Source: Trichosphaerium sp. ATCC 40318 (taxonomy: Eukaryota; Protista; Tubulinea). From it: a stretch of DNA of 64,000 nucleotides. A program made the position numbers and the translations under genes. This document shows positions 1 to 12,659 of this stretch, in pieces. Every line of letters starts with the position of its first letter. Positions within the stretch are counted from its first letter, which is position 1. Location of the stretch: positions 1 through 64,000 of the forward strand of contig JALMLS010000195.1 in NCBI GenBank assembly GCA_038496445.1. The letters run 5' to 3'. The notes under the pieces were generated by a model. It saw nothing but the letters and a program-made list of their open reading frames with translations, was not told the DNA's origin and ran no database searches.

Positions 1-1805
1 TACAAGCCATTTGCTTCTGATATCGATTCTAACTTGATTGATCCACGGACATACTATTGGATAAGGTACACCATTATATTGGTATAGTTTTGTTAGTTAA
101 TATGTTTAAAAGAGACTTCTTGGCTCAAGAGAAAGAAAACAGTGCGTTGTTTTGAGTCTTTTTTTAGCTTCTTTTAACCAGTGTTTAGATGATTCTCCGT
201 CACTCTACTTTGTTAGTACATGGTTATCTAGTGTTTCAGAGCGTCGTAATGGATCTTCATTGGTCAATATGCCATTTGAAATAAACAACGTAAGCGCTTA
301 TCTTAGCTCGACGAGCTTTTTGTTTACGTTTGTTGTTTTAGGTTGATCTTACCGTTGCAGCTAATACAATCTTTGGTCTTGGAGGTGCAGTTCTTAACGA
401 TGTTGCAAACCCAGAATCATGGTTTAGCACAGAAGCACAAAAGCTTTACTCTGACACAGCAAGTCTTATAGCTTGGTACACAACTAGTGATTTATTGTTG
501 AGTATCTAATAAGCTCTTAGGGCTATAAACACCGGAGTCGCAGACAAAAGACCAGAGTTATCTCTAGTGTACGCAATAGCATAGTTTCTTTGGGATATCT
601 TCTGTGATTCTCACAAGCTGTCGCAGGTATTATCCACCAAAGTATGACTTTTTATGGTTTGCTGCTCGATCTGTATTCTTGCTTGAGGAGAAGAAAGATA
701 ATATGACTTACGGATGCTTTAAAAAAGCTAAGATGGAGTTGACTGAGGCAATGAAAGGTCCTGGTACTCAGAGTCTTCTTAAAGATAGTGTTGTTGATAA
801 GGATAACAATGATTGGGTTTATTGGGATGATTTCTTAGGAGATGGTACGTCAATGAAACAAAAAGAAGTCACGTGACGAATAATTTAAAACGTGTGAAGG
901 TTTATCACAGTAACACATAACGACTTGGGGCGCTGTCTGTTTTTTCTATTGACCGCAAGTTTCCATGTAAAAGTGTTTAACTTTTATTCTATTGATGTGT
1001 TGATTGTGATGTAGGTGATAAAGTGTTTGGCTTTAAAAAGAACAACGCAGAAGATAGACTTTTCTCTACTTCTGTTGCTGTTAATGCTCTTATTGATATA
1101 TGGTCCATTCCCGACGAAAAATGTGTTCGCAGATGGTCTTCTGATGTACCTCAGGCACGTATTTCTAATACAACGATTGTAGTGGTTCAGTAGATTAACT
1201 GTATATTAGTCTATTGTTCAAACCGTAAACAAGGCAGTTGCTTTCTTATCAAAGTTTATTTTGGGATCAAAGTATAAGCGAGAGAATGCCTTCTTTAGTG
1301 GATCAATGAAAGGATTAGGTAACCTTATTTCGAGTTTTCTACCTCCATACAAGTCATTTATTTAGAAACTAATGTATGTTAGATACACTACCATTTAGGT
1401 ATCCTGGAAATTACGCTGTTTATTTGAACGGTACAGTTCTTAACAATCCTGGAAAAGGGTAAGCTTGAATTTTATTTCTTGTTTTTTTTTCAGTGTTGTT
1501 ATCCATACTAATATGTGCGTGTAGTGATATCACTACAAGTCTTTCTTATGGCGTTTCCGGTCTAATACCACAAGATGAGTATGAAACCCAGCTTGGCGAG
1601 CTACACTTTGGTATGAGTATTCTCAATTTTGGTGCTTCTTGTAGCTAACAGTATTGCTCCTCTAGGTTTCAAAACGCCTCTTAAGTTTGCTGGATACAAT
1701 CCTCCTAATCCTGTAGCAGCTTTCCCTTATTGGTCATCACCAGCTTTTACTGATGCCATGGCTTTATTGGCTCTTAACAAACATAATAGCTTGTCAACAT
1801 GTTAA
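1..1805 (+). CDS. 3' part of a multi-exon protein of unknown function (ends ...FPYWSSPAFTDAMALLALNKHNSLSTC*)
   Basis: About 9 short introns (one GC-AG, 1155-1209) join exons into one open frame that includes the coding parts of ORFs 152-346 and 604-876 (YYPPKYDFLWFAAR, WVYWDDFLGDG, EDRLFSTSVAVNALIDIW); TAA at 1803-1805; 5' end lies outside the window. Confidence 0.75.
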
Positions 1806-2331
1806 CAACATTATTTTTATACAAACAACATGATATACCAAAGTAATAAAGTAGTTTACCTAGCATACTTGTATTACTCTGTAAGGAGCAAGTGCCATAA
1901 TTTCTGACTTGCAACATATTGTATCAAAACTCTCAAACATTGCTTTTGAGTGGTTGCAGAGCTGTAACGTTTGTAGAAAGCAACGTGAACTCAGTAAATA
2001 TAACTTGGATTTGACTTTTCAGCGCCTGATTTCACTTAAAAACAGCTTCACAGGTACCAAGGAATGAATTTTGGTACAAAGGAATCACTGTCAATATAAC
2101 GTATTATTCTTGTACCAATTCAGGTGATATACAGTTCAATACGCTTAATACAAAACATAAAGTAAAAAACTTGGAAATAACAATATTCTTGGATGCCATC
2201 ATTGATTCAACGCCAACTCCATGAGCTTGTTTAGTTAGGTACCACAACAGAAATACAACATATTTTAATGTAATAATATTCAAACAATGTTAATGATCTT
2301 GTGTGTTTATTTCTTGTTGTATTGCTACAGT

Positions 2332-2692
2332 TTAACGCAGCTGACCTTCAAGTTTAGTAAATGTTGAACGCAGCATTGCTTTTTTCATTCCATTTTTAAA
2401 GGTGAGTTTACTCTCGTTACAATACTCTGCACAGAGTTTAGCTACATCAACTGCCTTGCTTGCTAAAACGGACCTGACTATGACTAGGTGAAGTAAGATA
2501 TTTACAAGCCTGAGAGGTTGACGTACTGGCACATTGAGCAACACTTAAGGAAAGCTTTTTGTCCTCCAGAATTTCTATTGTTCTTTCCACTGTCTTTGAT
2601 GCCAGCCCTTTCTTTATGTAGGCCTTGATTTCATTCGCCTCTCTATCACTTGCTGCTCTTCTACACATTCCTTTCTTAGCTCCCACACTCAT
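2332..2692 (-). CDS. small basic hypothetical protein (~105 aa, 2 exons)
   Basis: ORFs 2447-2692 and 2332-2544 join in frame by removing a 43-nt gtacgt...cctag intron (..VAQCA|IIVRSVLASK..). Confidence 0.5.
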
Positions 2693-4364
2693 GCTGCCGT
2701 TGTTGTTGTGATAGTTTTACTCTGAATGTTCTTTGACTAATGGGGTTTTTTTGGGTCTTTTCGATGAATAACAAGACTTGATAAACTCATTGACATTTTC
2801 TCGTTTGTTTCTTTATGCAGTGTATTTTTGGAGTGTCGCCAGGTTATTTTCAAAGCATAGTCTTTATTTTTTTCTGATATTTTTGGCAAAAATGACTTGC
2901 TTAGGTTTGCCGGGCAAAACTTTTTCTTGTAAGCGATCTGGAATTATGGCATAAGTTTGTCTGATATGATGAAAAAAAAATCAACTTTTACTGTGAACTT
3001 ACACGTGGATATTTTTGTTTTGAGTCACAATACAACGATGTGAACTTGGTGAAAATTTTGCGCTTGTGAGTTTTATTTTGCAGTCCGTTTATTGGTTTGT
3101 GAGTACAAGGGAACGTTGTAATATACCGCATGTTTGGGATTTAATATACTGGTGTGTAAATTGCAAGTTGCAATTATCTGATGCGTCTTAATTTATGTTG
3201 TAGAACTGTTTACAAGCTAGAGAAGCCAAGTTTCCAAGCTTTCCAAAATAGTTTTGGTTGAACTTTGACACGTGTGTATTTTGTCTACACATTGCTTGAA
3301 AAGCGACAACTATACCAAAACATGTACTAAGGTTGCCGTGAGATTGTTTAACTATTCGCTCCTCATTTTTACCGTCTGTCAACTCAAATGTCCTTTAAAA
3401 CTACAAGATTGGTTTTGATAACCAAAAGTAACCGAATTGGCTTTTGATGCCGTTCCAGAAGATTTTACACAAGAGAATCTCTTTGCTTGAGATCGCCAAA
3501 CTAAGCGTACTTTGGCGAAACAACGTTTTCCACGTGCTACAGATGCCTATTATTTTATAGTACGCACAGGAAGTTATAAGGAGGTATTAGACTTTCTCAC
3601 AAGGTAGGTTTGTTCTTACGCTTTGATTCTTGAATACCAAACCTGGTGAAAACTAGAATGCACAAAAGAGTTGTTGCTAATTTACAACCATGAGGGTATT
3701 TCACACTCGCCTTATTTTGGTATTATTTTATACGTGAAAGAAACCAAGCACCAATACTGTTATGTACTAGTAGCAGTGGTTTGTTCCAATCTTTGTTTAT
3801 GATATCCTAATGGTTTAGAAAGCACAGTTTTGTTTCAGTTTTCATTCAAGGCTTCAAAGCTCATCAATATACAAGATCTTACCTTCAGGTACATAAGGAC
3901 TACATGGTAAGTTTTAGACTTTAAAAGCTCTAAGAGCTAGTCTCGATAGTGATGTATACACATTTGTACTTTTCTATGGTGATGTTTATCTGATACGGTT
4001 CAAAGAATAGCGTGTGCCAAATTGAACTAAATCCTACTTCACACTCACATACCTAACCTCTACAATCAGCCCTTAGTATATTACTTTAGGTTGTATAGGT
4101 GTTACTATGAATCAAGGTTTTAAGGTACACGCAACGTTTGTAAATTAAAGCGTCTAAGGTAGCCTTAACTTAAACAGGAAAAAAAGAACCTTGTGTAAAG
4201 TGTAGCATCTCCTTTAATGTATACTGCCAGTAAGTACCTACTCATTACAACAACAATAACCAATACCACAGCCGCCAAGAAAGGAGGCAAAGTATTAGAA
4301 CAGTTCAGCGTTACCCCAGAGGTAATAAAACTGGTACCTGTAACTCGAAGTTGATGGGAACAAG

Positions 4365-4478
4365 ATTCTAGATCTGGGACAAAACGTTGTTAGGGGCGTA
4401 AAAACACTAGGCATAAGTTGAAAAACGCAATTCTAGATCTTGAGACAAAATCGTGAACTGTTAGGGGCAGTAAAACGT
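4365..4478. repeat. imperfect direct repeat, 2 copies, ~65 bp period
   Basis: attctagatct(g/tga)gacaaaa...tgttaggggc...taaaa starts at 4365 and again at 4430. Confidence 0.6.
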
Positions 4479-5739
4479 ACGACTAAGCTCTTGTGTGAAC
4501 GCTATGTTGTTCAATTGCTCTAAACAGCGATGATTAAAGAAGGACAAAGGTGTTTTCTGCTTTTTCAAAAGTGCCTATTTCAGCGCAAGCTAATCTTCAA
4601 AAAAAAATATGTAAAACGAAGCAGGGATGAATGCCTTTAGCGTTAGAAGAAGCTCAGCTTTTTAAGCTATAGACAAGTATTGAGTATTTCAGCCAAAGGT
4701 GTGTCTAATCCCAAACCGCGTAAGTACATCATTTTTAAAAGAATACAGGTATTTACTTAGTTAAAATGGAGGCTCTGTATGAACAGGAACGGATGTAGTT
4801 TCGTTGTTCACGTGGACTTGCCTTATTAATGTTGATAAGCTCTTGATGTTATTTGTTTAGAAAGAGTTTTTGCAAAGAAAGACAACAGCGTAGTAATGCT
4901 TTTAAATACTTGTTCAACTAAGTGCGGAATATTGCCTCCGCAGGCTTCTTACTAGATTCAAGCTATCTAAGGACTGTCAGATCTAAATCGTCATTAAATT
5001 TGACTGTAGAGTTACATGAGTAGTTCTTGTGATCATTTTTTTACTGGACTTGACCTATATGACCTCATTTGAAGGAAGTAAACAATCCATGTACAGGGTA
5101 TGAAGAATTGGAACATTTACATGTTATTTGATTGACAACACGTACAACGATCAGAGCATTACCTTCGCATACCATGAAATCAATAGTACGTAACAAGGAA
5201 AGCATTGACTGGTATACTATTTGATGTATTAATAACAGAGTACAAACCGTTGCAGGTACATGATCAATAGCACGTAAAAAGACAGATTTTAAAGTATCTG
5301 TACATACTAACACAAATCAAGTAAGTACATAATATCAAACCATGTTTGAAAAGCCACAGGCATTTATGGTTTGGCAGATTTAAAATTCTATTATTACGCA
5401 ATTGCTATCACATTTCGCGAGTTTCCAGCTGATTTGGAACTAAACATAGAAAAAATTGAAACGGATGTAGAACTCTTCGAGTATTGTGAAAAATCTACTG
5501 GTAAATGACTAAGATGTCGTTGGTCATTACATAGGCTTAAAAAGCCAGTTGACTTGTATGATTAATTCAATCCTAGATAGTAGTTAGAACTACATTGGCG
5601 TGTACTTCCCTCAATCAAATATAACATCTTTGTTCATAAATAAGGTTTTTGATACTATTATCGTTGTTCTTTCTTAATCTACAGCAAGGGTATTGTATGC
5701 TTTCTTTTAAACATTCACTTTCTGAATTAACACAAGTAG

Positions 5740-6435
5740 ATGAACACAAGCTTTCTATTACGCCTACCGCTTGAGCTACAGCTTGATATTGTCGATTTAG
5801 ACGTTAACATTTATCTACAGTGGCCTCTTCTATCAAAACAAGCAGCAAGTACAACAAGGTTTGATGTCAACTTGAACAAGCACAGCAAATGGCTTAAAAG
5901 AAGAAGTGTGCTAAAACAGTCCAAAGTAGTTGAGCAAACTTGTTGGAAACATGGTGTTCCTCACGGAGAGCATAAGAGGTGGTACTATTCATATTTAGCC
6001 AAGCTTCAATTGAAAAGCGTGTGTAACTACATTGATGGCAAACTTGATGGAGAGTTTAAGTGTTGGTCAAATTGGGGTAAGTTGATTGAGCTTGCTACTT
6101 ATTCAAAAGGTAAGATAGAGGGAGAGAAAAAGGAGTGGTTTTCACGTGGTCAATTAAAAAGAGTTTGTAATTATATCAATGGTAAAAAGGAAGGAGAGTA
6201 TAAGGAGTGGCACCACAATGGGAAATTAATGACGATTTGTTTTTATGTTGATGGAAAAAGAGATGGAGAGTTTAAGGAGTGGCATTCCAATGGTAAGTTA
6301 GCAATTCTTTGCCATTATGCTAATGATAGACGACATGGAAAGTTCTCGCAGTGGTACTATATGGGTAAATTATTTAAGCAACACACTTATGTCAACGGTA
6401 AAATAGTTAAGCAACACACTTATAAACAACAATGA
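5740..6435 (+). CDS. F-box-like + MORN-variant (MORN_2/YwqK-type) repeat protein, copy 1; CDS intronless
   Basis: N-term LLRLPLELQLDIV resembles the F-box LP.E..I motif; ~24-aa repeats G..EGEYKEW..NG.L...C.Y..GK. Confidence 0.85.
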   Translation: MNTSFLLRLPLELQLDIVDLDVNIYLQWPLLSKQAASTTRFDVNLNKHSKWLKRRSVLKQSKVVEQTCWKHGVPHGEHKRWYYSYLAKLQLKSVCNYIDGKLDGEFKCWSNWGKLIELATYSKGKIEGEKKEWFSRGQLKRVCNYINGKKEGEYKEWHHNGKLMTICFYVDGKRDGEFKEWHSNGKLAILCHYANDRRHGKFSQWYYMGKLFKQHTYVNGKIVKQHTYKQQ

Positions 6436-7397
6436 AACAGTACACATCATGGAGTAATGATTGACTTTTATTCGACACAGATATTCAGTATTGTGATATG
6501 TAACGTTTGATTTGATACTATTACTTATAGCGCCAGCAACAGTTTGGATAAGTGTTGATCATTGCTAGATTGTTTTATTGTTCAAAATAAACATTCTATT
6601 CCTGTAAAAACCAGGAGTTTTAAAGCCACCTACCATTCCAAGGGACGTTGTATAAGAATAATAGCATCTCCAGTCGTTACCAACGTTCACCAGGGAGCCC
6701 GATATATGCGTATATGGTCCTCATCCACTACACAAAGGTATTTGTTGCTCAGCCTTTTGGTCCACCGGAAAGGTTCCTTCAGTTTTCTTTGAAGTTTTTG
6801 AGGTTATCTGACAACTTGAATTGTTGTCCAATAACATAGTAAGCGCCAACGGCGCAGTAGCTTGATCCAGAATTTGAGGCATCTTGTTGTAAACGCAAAT
6901 ACGACCAACTGTTGATTTAAGCAAGTTCCCGGTAAAGTTCTGGTTGCCAGTACAGTAGCAGAATAGTTGAGATTATCGTTCTTATTCTTAAACAAGGCAA
7001 CTTTAACGCTCTTCGTTTCGGCGCAAACACACCATTTCATTCGAGATATTGACCACACGCACAATGGTTAAGGTAAGATTACTAATTCAAGTGTAAAAGA
7101 AGCACAGGTGCTTTCTGGAAGCGCTTTGTTTTGTTTTGTTTATGCTTTTTTGCATCCATTAGAGCGGCTTCAAGCATCCGTTTTGACAGGAGTTTGACTT
7201 GCCAGGCTTTATGGTATATTTATTACCGGTACTCCAAGTCAATTCCATTGTGAAGAAGGTATGTAGACTGAATGTTATTTTTTATTCAAAATCTGTTTTT
7301 GAGTTCACCACATGGCGGTCGCTTTCCATACTGAAAATAGGTAGCAAGTTAAAGTGTCGTTTTATTCCAAAAATGAATAACATTCTATTCAGATGAA

Positions 7398-8366
7398 CTA
7401 TCTCATTGGAGTTTTGTGTTGACCTGGTGTGAGTCTAAATAGAATGTAACATTTCTTTTGTCCTTGCTATTGCTTTGATTAAAAACCAAGCTAATCAAGC
7501 ATCTAAATTAAGTACATACAACAGGTTTGAATGGTTTTATAACCTCTAATTGTATGAGATGCTTCATCGATTTCTTTATGCTTGTAAGGTTTATTGAAAT
7601 ACTTCGTCTCATGTTTAAAAAAATAACACCTGGAACAAAAAGGGAGAACTCGGTTATTTTGGATTACTTTTTGGTTGCAATAGTATAGATTAGTTTACCT
7701 TCTGTTCCTGCGTTCTCGATATAACTATAAAATCGTTAAAAGATATCACAATTGTGAGCTAATAAAACTGTACAATTCGAGAAAAAAAAAACAATGATGG
7801 GCTTTTGTTAGCTAATAGATTTTGCTACTTTATCACCAACGAGTTAATTTTATACCTGTATATTAAAAATTCATCGTTAGATAATGCTTTAACCCTAAGA
7901 AAGTGCAGAAAGTTAACACATCAATAAAAAAAAACCAACAACAAACTTTTCTTGATCTTCGATTGGTACTAATTTAATTAGGTTTTCCTCGATTCCCGTA
8001 TCCTAAACATACTCTAAATACGGCACCCTCTGAAATCACTAAAATCAAATGTAGCCTCACCAAAATCACAGAAACAAGTCGTTCATTAACAAGCTGTTTA
8101 AGTTAGAAAATCAGTTTCGTTTTCTCTCATACCGTCTGTAAAGCTATGTCCTTATCACTTGCTGTTATATCATGAATCGAAGCGCTAATTGTCTTCCAAA
8201 CTGTTCCCTTTGAGGTGTATGGATTACATAATAAAATAATATTGTATTTTGACATACACAAGGGTGCAGAGCAAGCGCAGTCAACTAAAATGCGTTAATT
8301 AGTTTTATACCGCTAAACTGTGCTTAAAAGTACAATTTGATCTCTAGCTCGAGTAACAACGTTCAT
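7398..8366 (-). CDS. RNA polymerase III subunit RPC34/POLR3F-like winged-helix protein, short and divergent (3' end uncertain)
   Basis: Hand splicing of 7 GT-AG introns gives MNVVTRARDQILTALALHPCGTVW...ALQTLVNERLVSVILDTG...KVKALSNDEFLIYSYIENAGTEGVIFLNMRR...KKSMKHLIQLEVIKPFKPVQGQKKCYILFRLTP, matching the RPC34 WH1-WH2 pattern (E.LIY..IE.AG..G; KK.Y.L..L.P); absent from the ORF track. Confidence 0.65.
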
Positions 8367-9924
8367 TCGGTTCTAACAGAGGGTTTTAGTGCTACTTAAC
8401 GGTCAGCAAACGTCAACTAAAAAAAAACAGTTGAAGAGTTTTTCTTGAATTTTTCTCATATTATGTATGTGACGAATTGTCCTAATTATACTTCAACTGC
8501 ATTGCTGAAGTGTTTATAAATGAAAGAAGCTATCTACATGTTCCAAGGAAGCTGATACTTTAAGAACACTACGAGAGCCAAACTGAATAAGACTATTGTT
8601 AAAAACGTGATTTGACCGTGTAGCTGATTATTATTGCACATTGTTATACTATTGAGGTGTCTTTGGATAAAAAGTAGTTTGATTGAAGAAAGTTCTTTGG
8701 TAAAAATACAGAAGTTTGTCGTAGGTCTCAGAGATACAGGCTTACACAGTGACCATGCAAATTACGGCGTTGAAAGCAAACTTGGGGGGTGATAAGCCGC
8801 TCATTAAGATTATGTGTTATTTTAGGATTATCACGTGATTTAAAGCGAGTATTTTTGTTCACGATTACTATTAGTTTGTCAGATTTTTGTTGTTCGTCGA
8901 GATATTGGTTGCAACATTGTGATATTTGGGAGTAATTTGTTTTAAGGGCGTCATCTCAGATTAGTGTTTACTAAATTGTACATGCTTTGATTTACTTTAA
9001 ACTTTTGCCACACTACAAACACGTGTATACACAGCTCTGTGTAAAAAGTTGGCTTCGAATATGAACTTCGAGCATTATGATGTTTTTTTTAGCAGTTTTT
9101 TTTAGTACATCCTCAGATTTTCCTTAGTCTGCATATTTAAGGTGTTTTTGCAATATCAGCTTCGAATCTCTTAATTTAGTATTTGCAGATGCTTGAATTT
9201 GCTTAATACGCTGATATACGGTTAATGTATGTGTGCTAAGTGCAGTCATTGAACTTCAAATACAGGTTTTGTCTTTAGTAATAATGTAAAATAGCCTAAA
9301 ATGTGTTTATATGATAGTAAAACGCGTTTTAGACACTTTTCGGTTTACATCAGTTTAAGCAGTTTTTTTTTTCAATTTTTAAAGCGAAAATCGCTATTGA
9401 ATGCATTGTGTTAGCAAATTCTGTAAATTGATTAATTATGATTTGGTTTTTTTTTTTTTTGGTTTTGTACATTTTCTTTCTTACAAGTTTAGTTTAGGTT
9501 TCATTTTTCTTTTTACAGTGAGTGTTTCATATGTGTGGATAATATCTCATTCCGTCCAACGAGTTGATATACAGATATTTACAATAAAAGGCCAGAGAAT
9601 AAAATTCCTGAGGACAACCAAAAGTTGAAAGAAAAACCGCTACAGATCGAGAAAAAAAATGCGGTCTTCCTCTTTTTTTTTTTGATGTCCTCCGAAATTC
9701 TCTCTTTCGTTGTCGGATAGAGTGCCAGGTCGTGGTGGAATCATTTTATCGCGTGGTAATTAACGTTTAAGCGTATTTTTCAGGGCATTATACAAGTGGC
9801 GTGAAGAGCTAATAAATGAGTAAGTTTAGAACAGAAACAATCGAAAGAAAAAAAAACACACGTGTGTTTTCATTAAAATGCTTGTTCTCGTACCAGGTGC
9901 GAAAAAATTCACGTGAAAGCGTGA

Positions 9925-11580
9925 TTATTCATTGTTCGATACGAAAATAAATGCTGACTGTCTAGCGTGATGAGGTCTTCTCGGTAGATTTTCATCTCGA
10001 CGAACAATAGAATTTCTTCTCCTCAAACAATTCTGTTTGGCTTCTTCAGAGTGTCTAAGTTTTCTTAACGCCAAGTGTCTCTCATGTGCCCCGTTTGAAC
10101 CAAAATACATAGCAGTCAATACAGGCTTCTGTGCAGTAGGTCTTACAAGATGCTGTGGCTAAAAAGAAATATACAGTCAGCACACAAGGTTCAGAACTAC
10201 CTTTTCTTTTTTTTTTTTTGGACTTTTTTTTAATTGTTTTTTTTTTTGAGAAAAGGTTTTTCTGGCGGCCGGAGATTATGACGTCATGGATATATCGTTT
10301 TATGAAAAGGGAAAACGCGGGGCAAAAAAAAACAAAACAAAGAAAAATCGACCAAAGATTGAGAGAGTACTAGATAGGCATTGTGAAATACGTACAGGTG
10401 GATATGTCTTGATCTTTCTTGGATCATATAGACAATTAGACGATCCTGTGGCTGGTGCTGAACAATTACGTCTGTGACTTCCTAAATGTTCTGTACGTCT
10501 TTGTCCTCCTCTTGTGTGTTGCATACTTCCACCTTGATAATGAAATTAATGACGTGAACATCAAAGGAAGAGAGAAAAAAAAACCAAAACGTTTTTTTTG
10601 TCAAATGAGAATAGAATAAATCGCTAAGAGTTTGTACTCACTTGGTGAAGTCTCTGCACAGTCCCATGCGTATTTAGCGCCGGGTTCCGGTGCATCTGGT
10701 CTTTCTCTTTTAATAGCAGGTTCGTCTTCATCCTTAGAGTCGCGTCTAATAGAGAAGAAGCGTTAGGACAACGATCGTCGGATTTTAAAAAAAAACGGAC
10801 TGAAAAAACGGACTGGACTCGATTTTTTCAAAGTAGAATTTGCCAAATCACGCAAAAATAGTACAACGACGTACTTTGCTGGGCGTTTAAGGAATTTTCG
10901 CTTATTCTCAAAAGAGTTTGATCGTTTATATGTCGCGCGCTTTTGTTTTGTGTTTAACTCCTTCGGAGAGCAATCTATATATTATATTAACAAGGACGAG
11001 CAATATAGTGATTCTTTTTTTTTGAAGCGGAAGCCATAATTACAGAAACAAAAAAAAAAAAAAGTTCAAAAAAAAAGACCAGGATTTCCTTTCCTGTTTT
11101 TTTTTTCTCGCAATTAAAAACGCAAGAAACACGACGAAAAAGAATTTTTATGGTGATTTCTATTTTGCGAAAGTACTGTTGAGATTTTATAGGTCGAAAT
11201 ATGAGATTGTGATCTACTACGGTACCTATGGATGGTTGCGCGAACCCACGCAATCGCGGAGACTGCCGTACAGATGATACTTGCTGAGCCGCGATGGCCA
11301 TTGTGATTGACGATACTTCGTTATCTTCATCGTCAATGTCGTAGAGCTTAGACCCTTCTGAGTTGCTTGTAGGTTGCATAAGATACATTTCAAGGTTCAA
11401 CTCCTCCAATTCATCCGAATAATTCTCTTCGTCTGGTAATGGCTTCTTTTTCCGTCTATTTAGCATACGCTTTGTTTGTTCTTGCTCTGTTTTATTACTG
11501 GACAGTTGACGTCTCTGTTTATGGTTTAATGGAATCATCGATCGCCTTGAACGCGGGTCAGCCACAGTTCTTATATTCAT
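9925..11580 (-). CDS. hypothetical basic/low-complexity protein, ~5 exons
   Basis: Exon 1 (from ORF 10987-11580) splices in frame via GT-AG introns to DCSPKEL..., KRDSKDEDEP..., KIKTYPP and HLVRPTAQKP...; 3' end uncertain. Confidence 0.55.
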
Positions 11581-12659
11581 GTATTATTAGGGCTTGTTAG
11601 GCCGGTTAAATTGGAGAAACTCGGAAACAAAATTATTTTTGACTTATCGCACGTGTTTTGTTGAAAAAAAAAGTGAACTACGAGAGAATTTGTCGGAAGA
11701 ATAAAAAAATTCCTAGTGCGCTTATTTTTGTCCAAGTAAAGTGTGTTACCTAATAAAGCGCTCTACGAGCTACTGTAACACAAAAACATGTAAACGAGCG
11801 GTTGGAATATGTTTTGAGATTGAACAAAAAAAAAAAAAAGTTGAAGAAATTCTCGTTTCGAAAAAGTCTGTTTACGCGACTCCGTGTATTAAAAAAAACT
11901 CTTGAGTATGTAGGTAATATAATAAACGAAAGAAAAAGGACCACGAACCCACACTTTACTCTTACAGAAAGAGATATGTGTCCTGTAATTTGAGAAAAAC
12001 TCATCATAATTGTTTGTTTATTATTCCCTTTTGCTTTGATTGTGTTGGGAATACAAGAATTTTGATTCAAAAAAAAAAATCTGGAGTTGGGTTTGCAGAA
12101 AACAAAACGAGATTTTTTTGAAGCAATTGCTGATTTTTTAAATAAAACTGCTTTAAATCAATAAAATAATAGTTATTATGACATACCCTGTAATCTTTTT
12201 ACGCGTGGCTGTTATCCCTTCGTAGTATACTTGCTTTGCATACATTTAAACGCTTTATGTCAAATAGGATAGTTATAGAACGCTTTGGGTTAATTTTCTT
12301 GCGGAGCAGTGGTTCTGTTATCGACGTGGTGACTTTTTTTTTCATGCGAAGTTAATCTGAGAACGAGATCTCCAGATTTACTTTTTGTTTCCGCAAATAG
12401 CTTTTGTTTCTCTCGACAATGTAATATGATTTAGGAAAGTACAGAAAAAAAAAACGTGGCATGAGGGAAAATTTTTTTCTTGATCACGTTTTTGTTGTGT
12501 GCGAAAATAACTAATGTTGGTAAAAAGTATCAAAAATGATGTAGGTATTATTGTGTTTGCGTTAGGGGGAAATAGGGAGTGAGAAAATAAAAAAGGGTGA
12601 AGTAGAAAATTGCTTTTATTTTATTTTTTTTTCTATTCTCGAAAAAATGAAGAGATGCC

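Noticed and set aside
3400-5520. Exon-like fragments with splice-like signals
   Set aside because: All attempted models hit stops and no family was recognisable; possibly decayed genes
6500-7064. Overlapping short ORFs on both strands
   Set aside because: No coherent spliced model or motif; not a convincing RPC34 Fe-S tail
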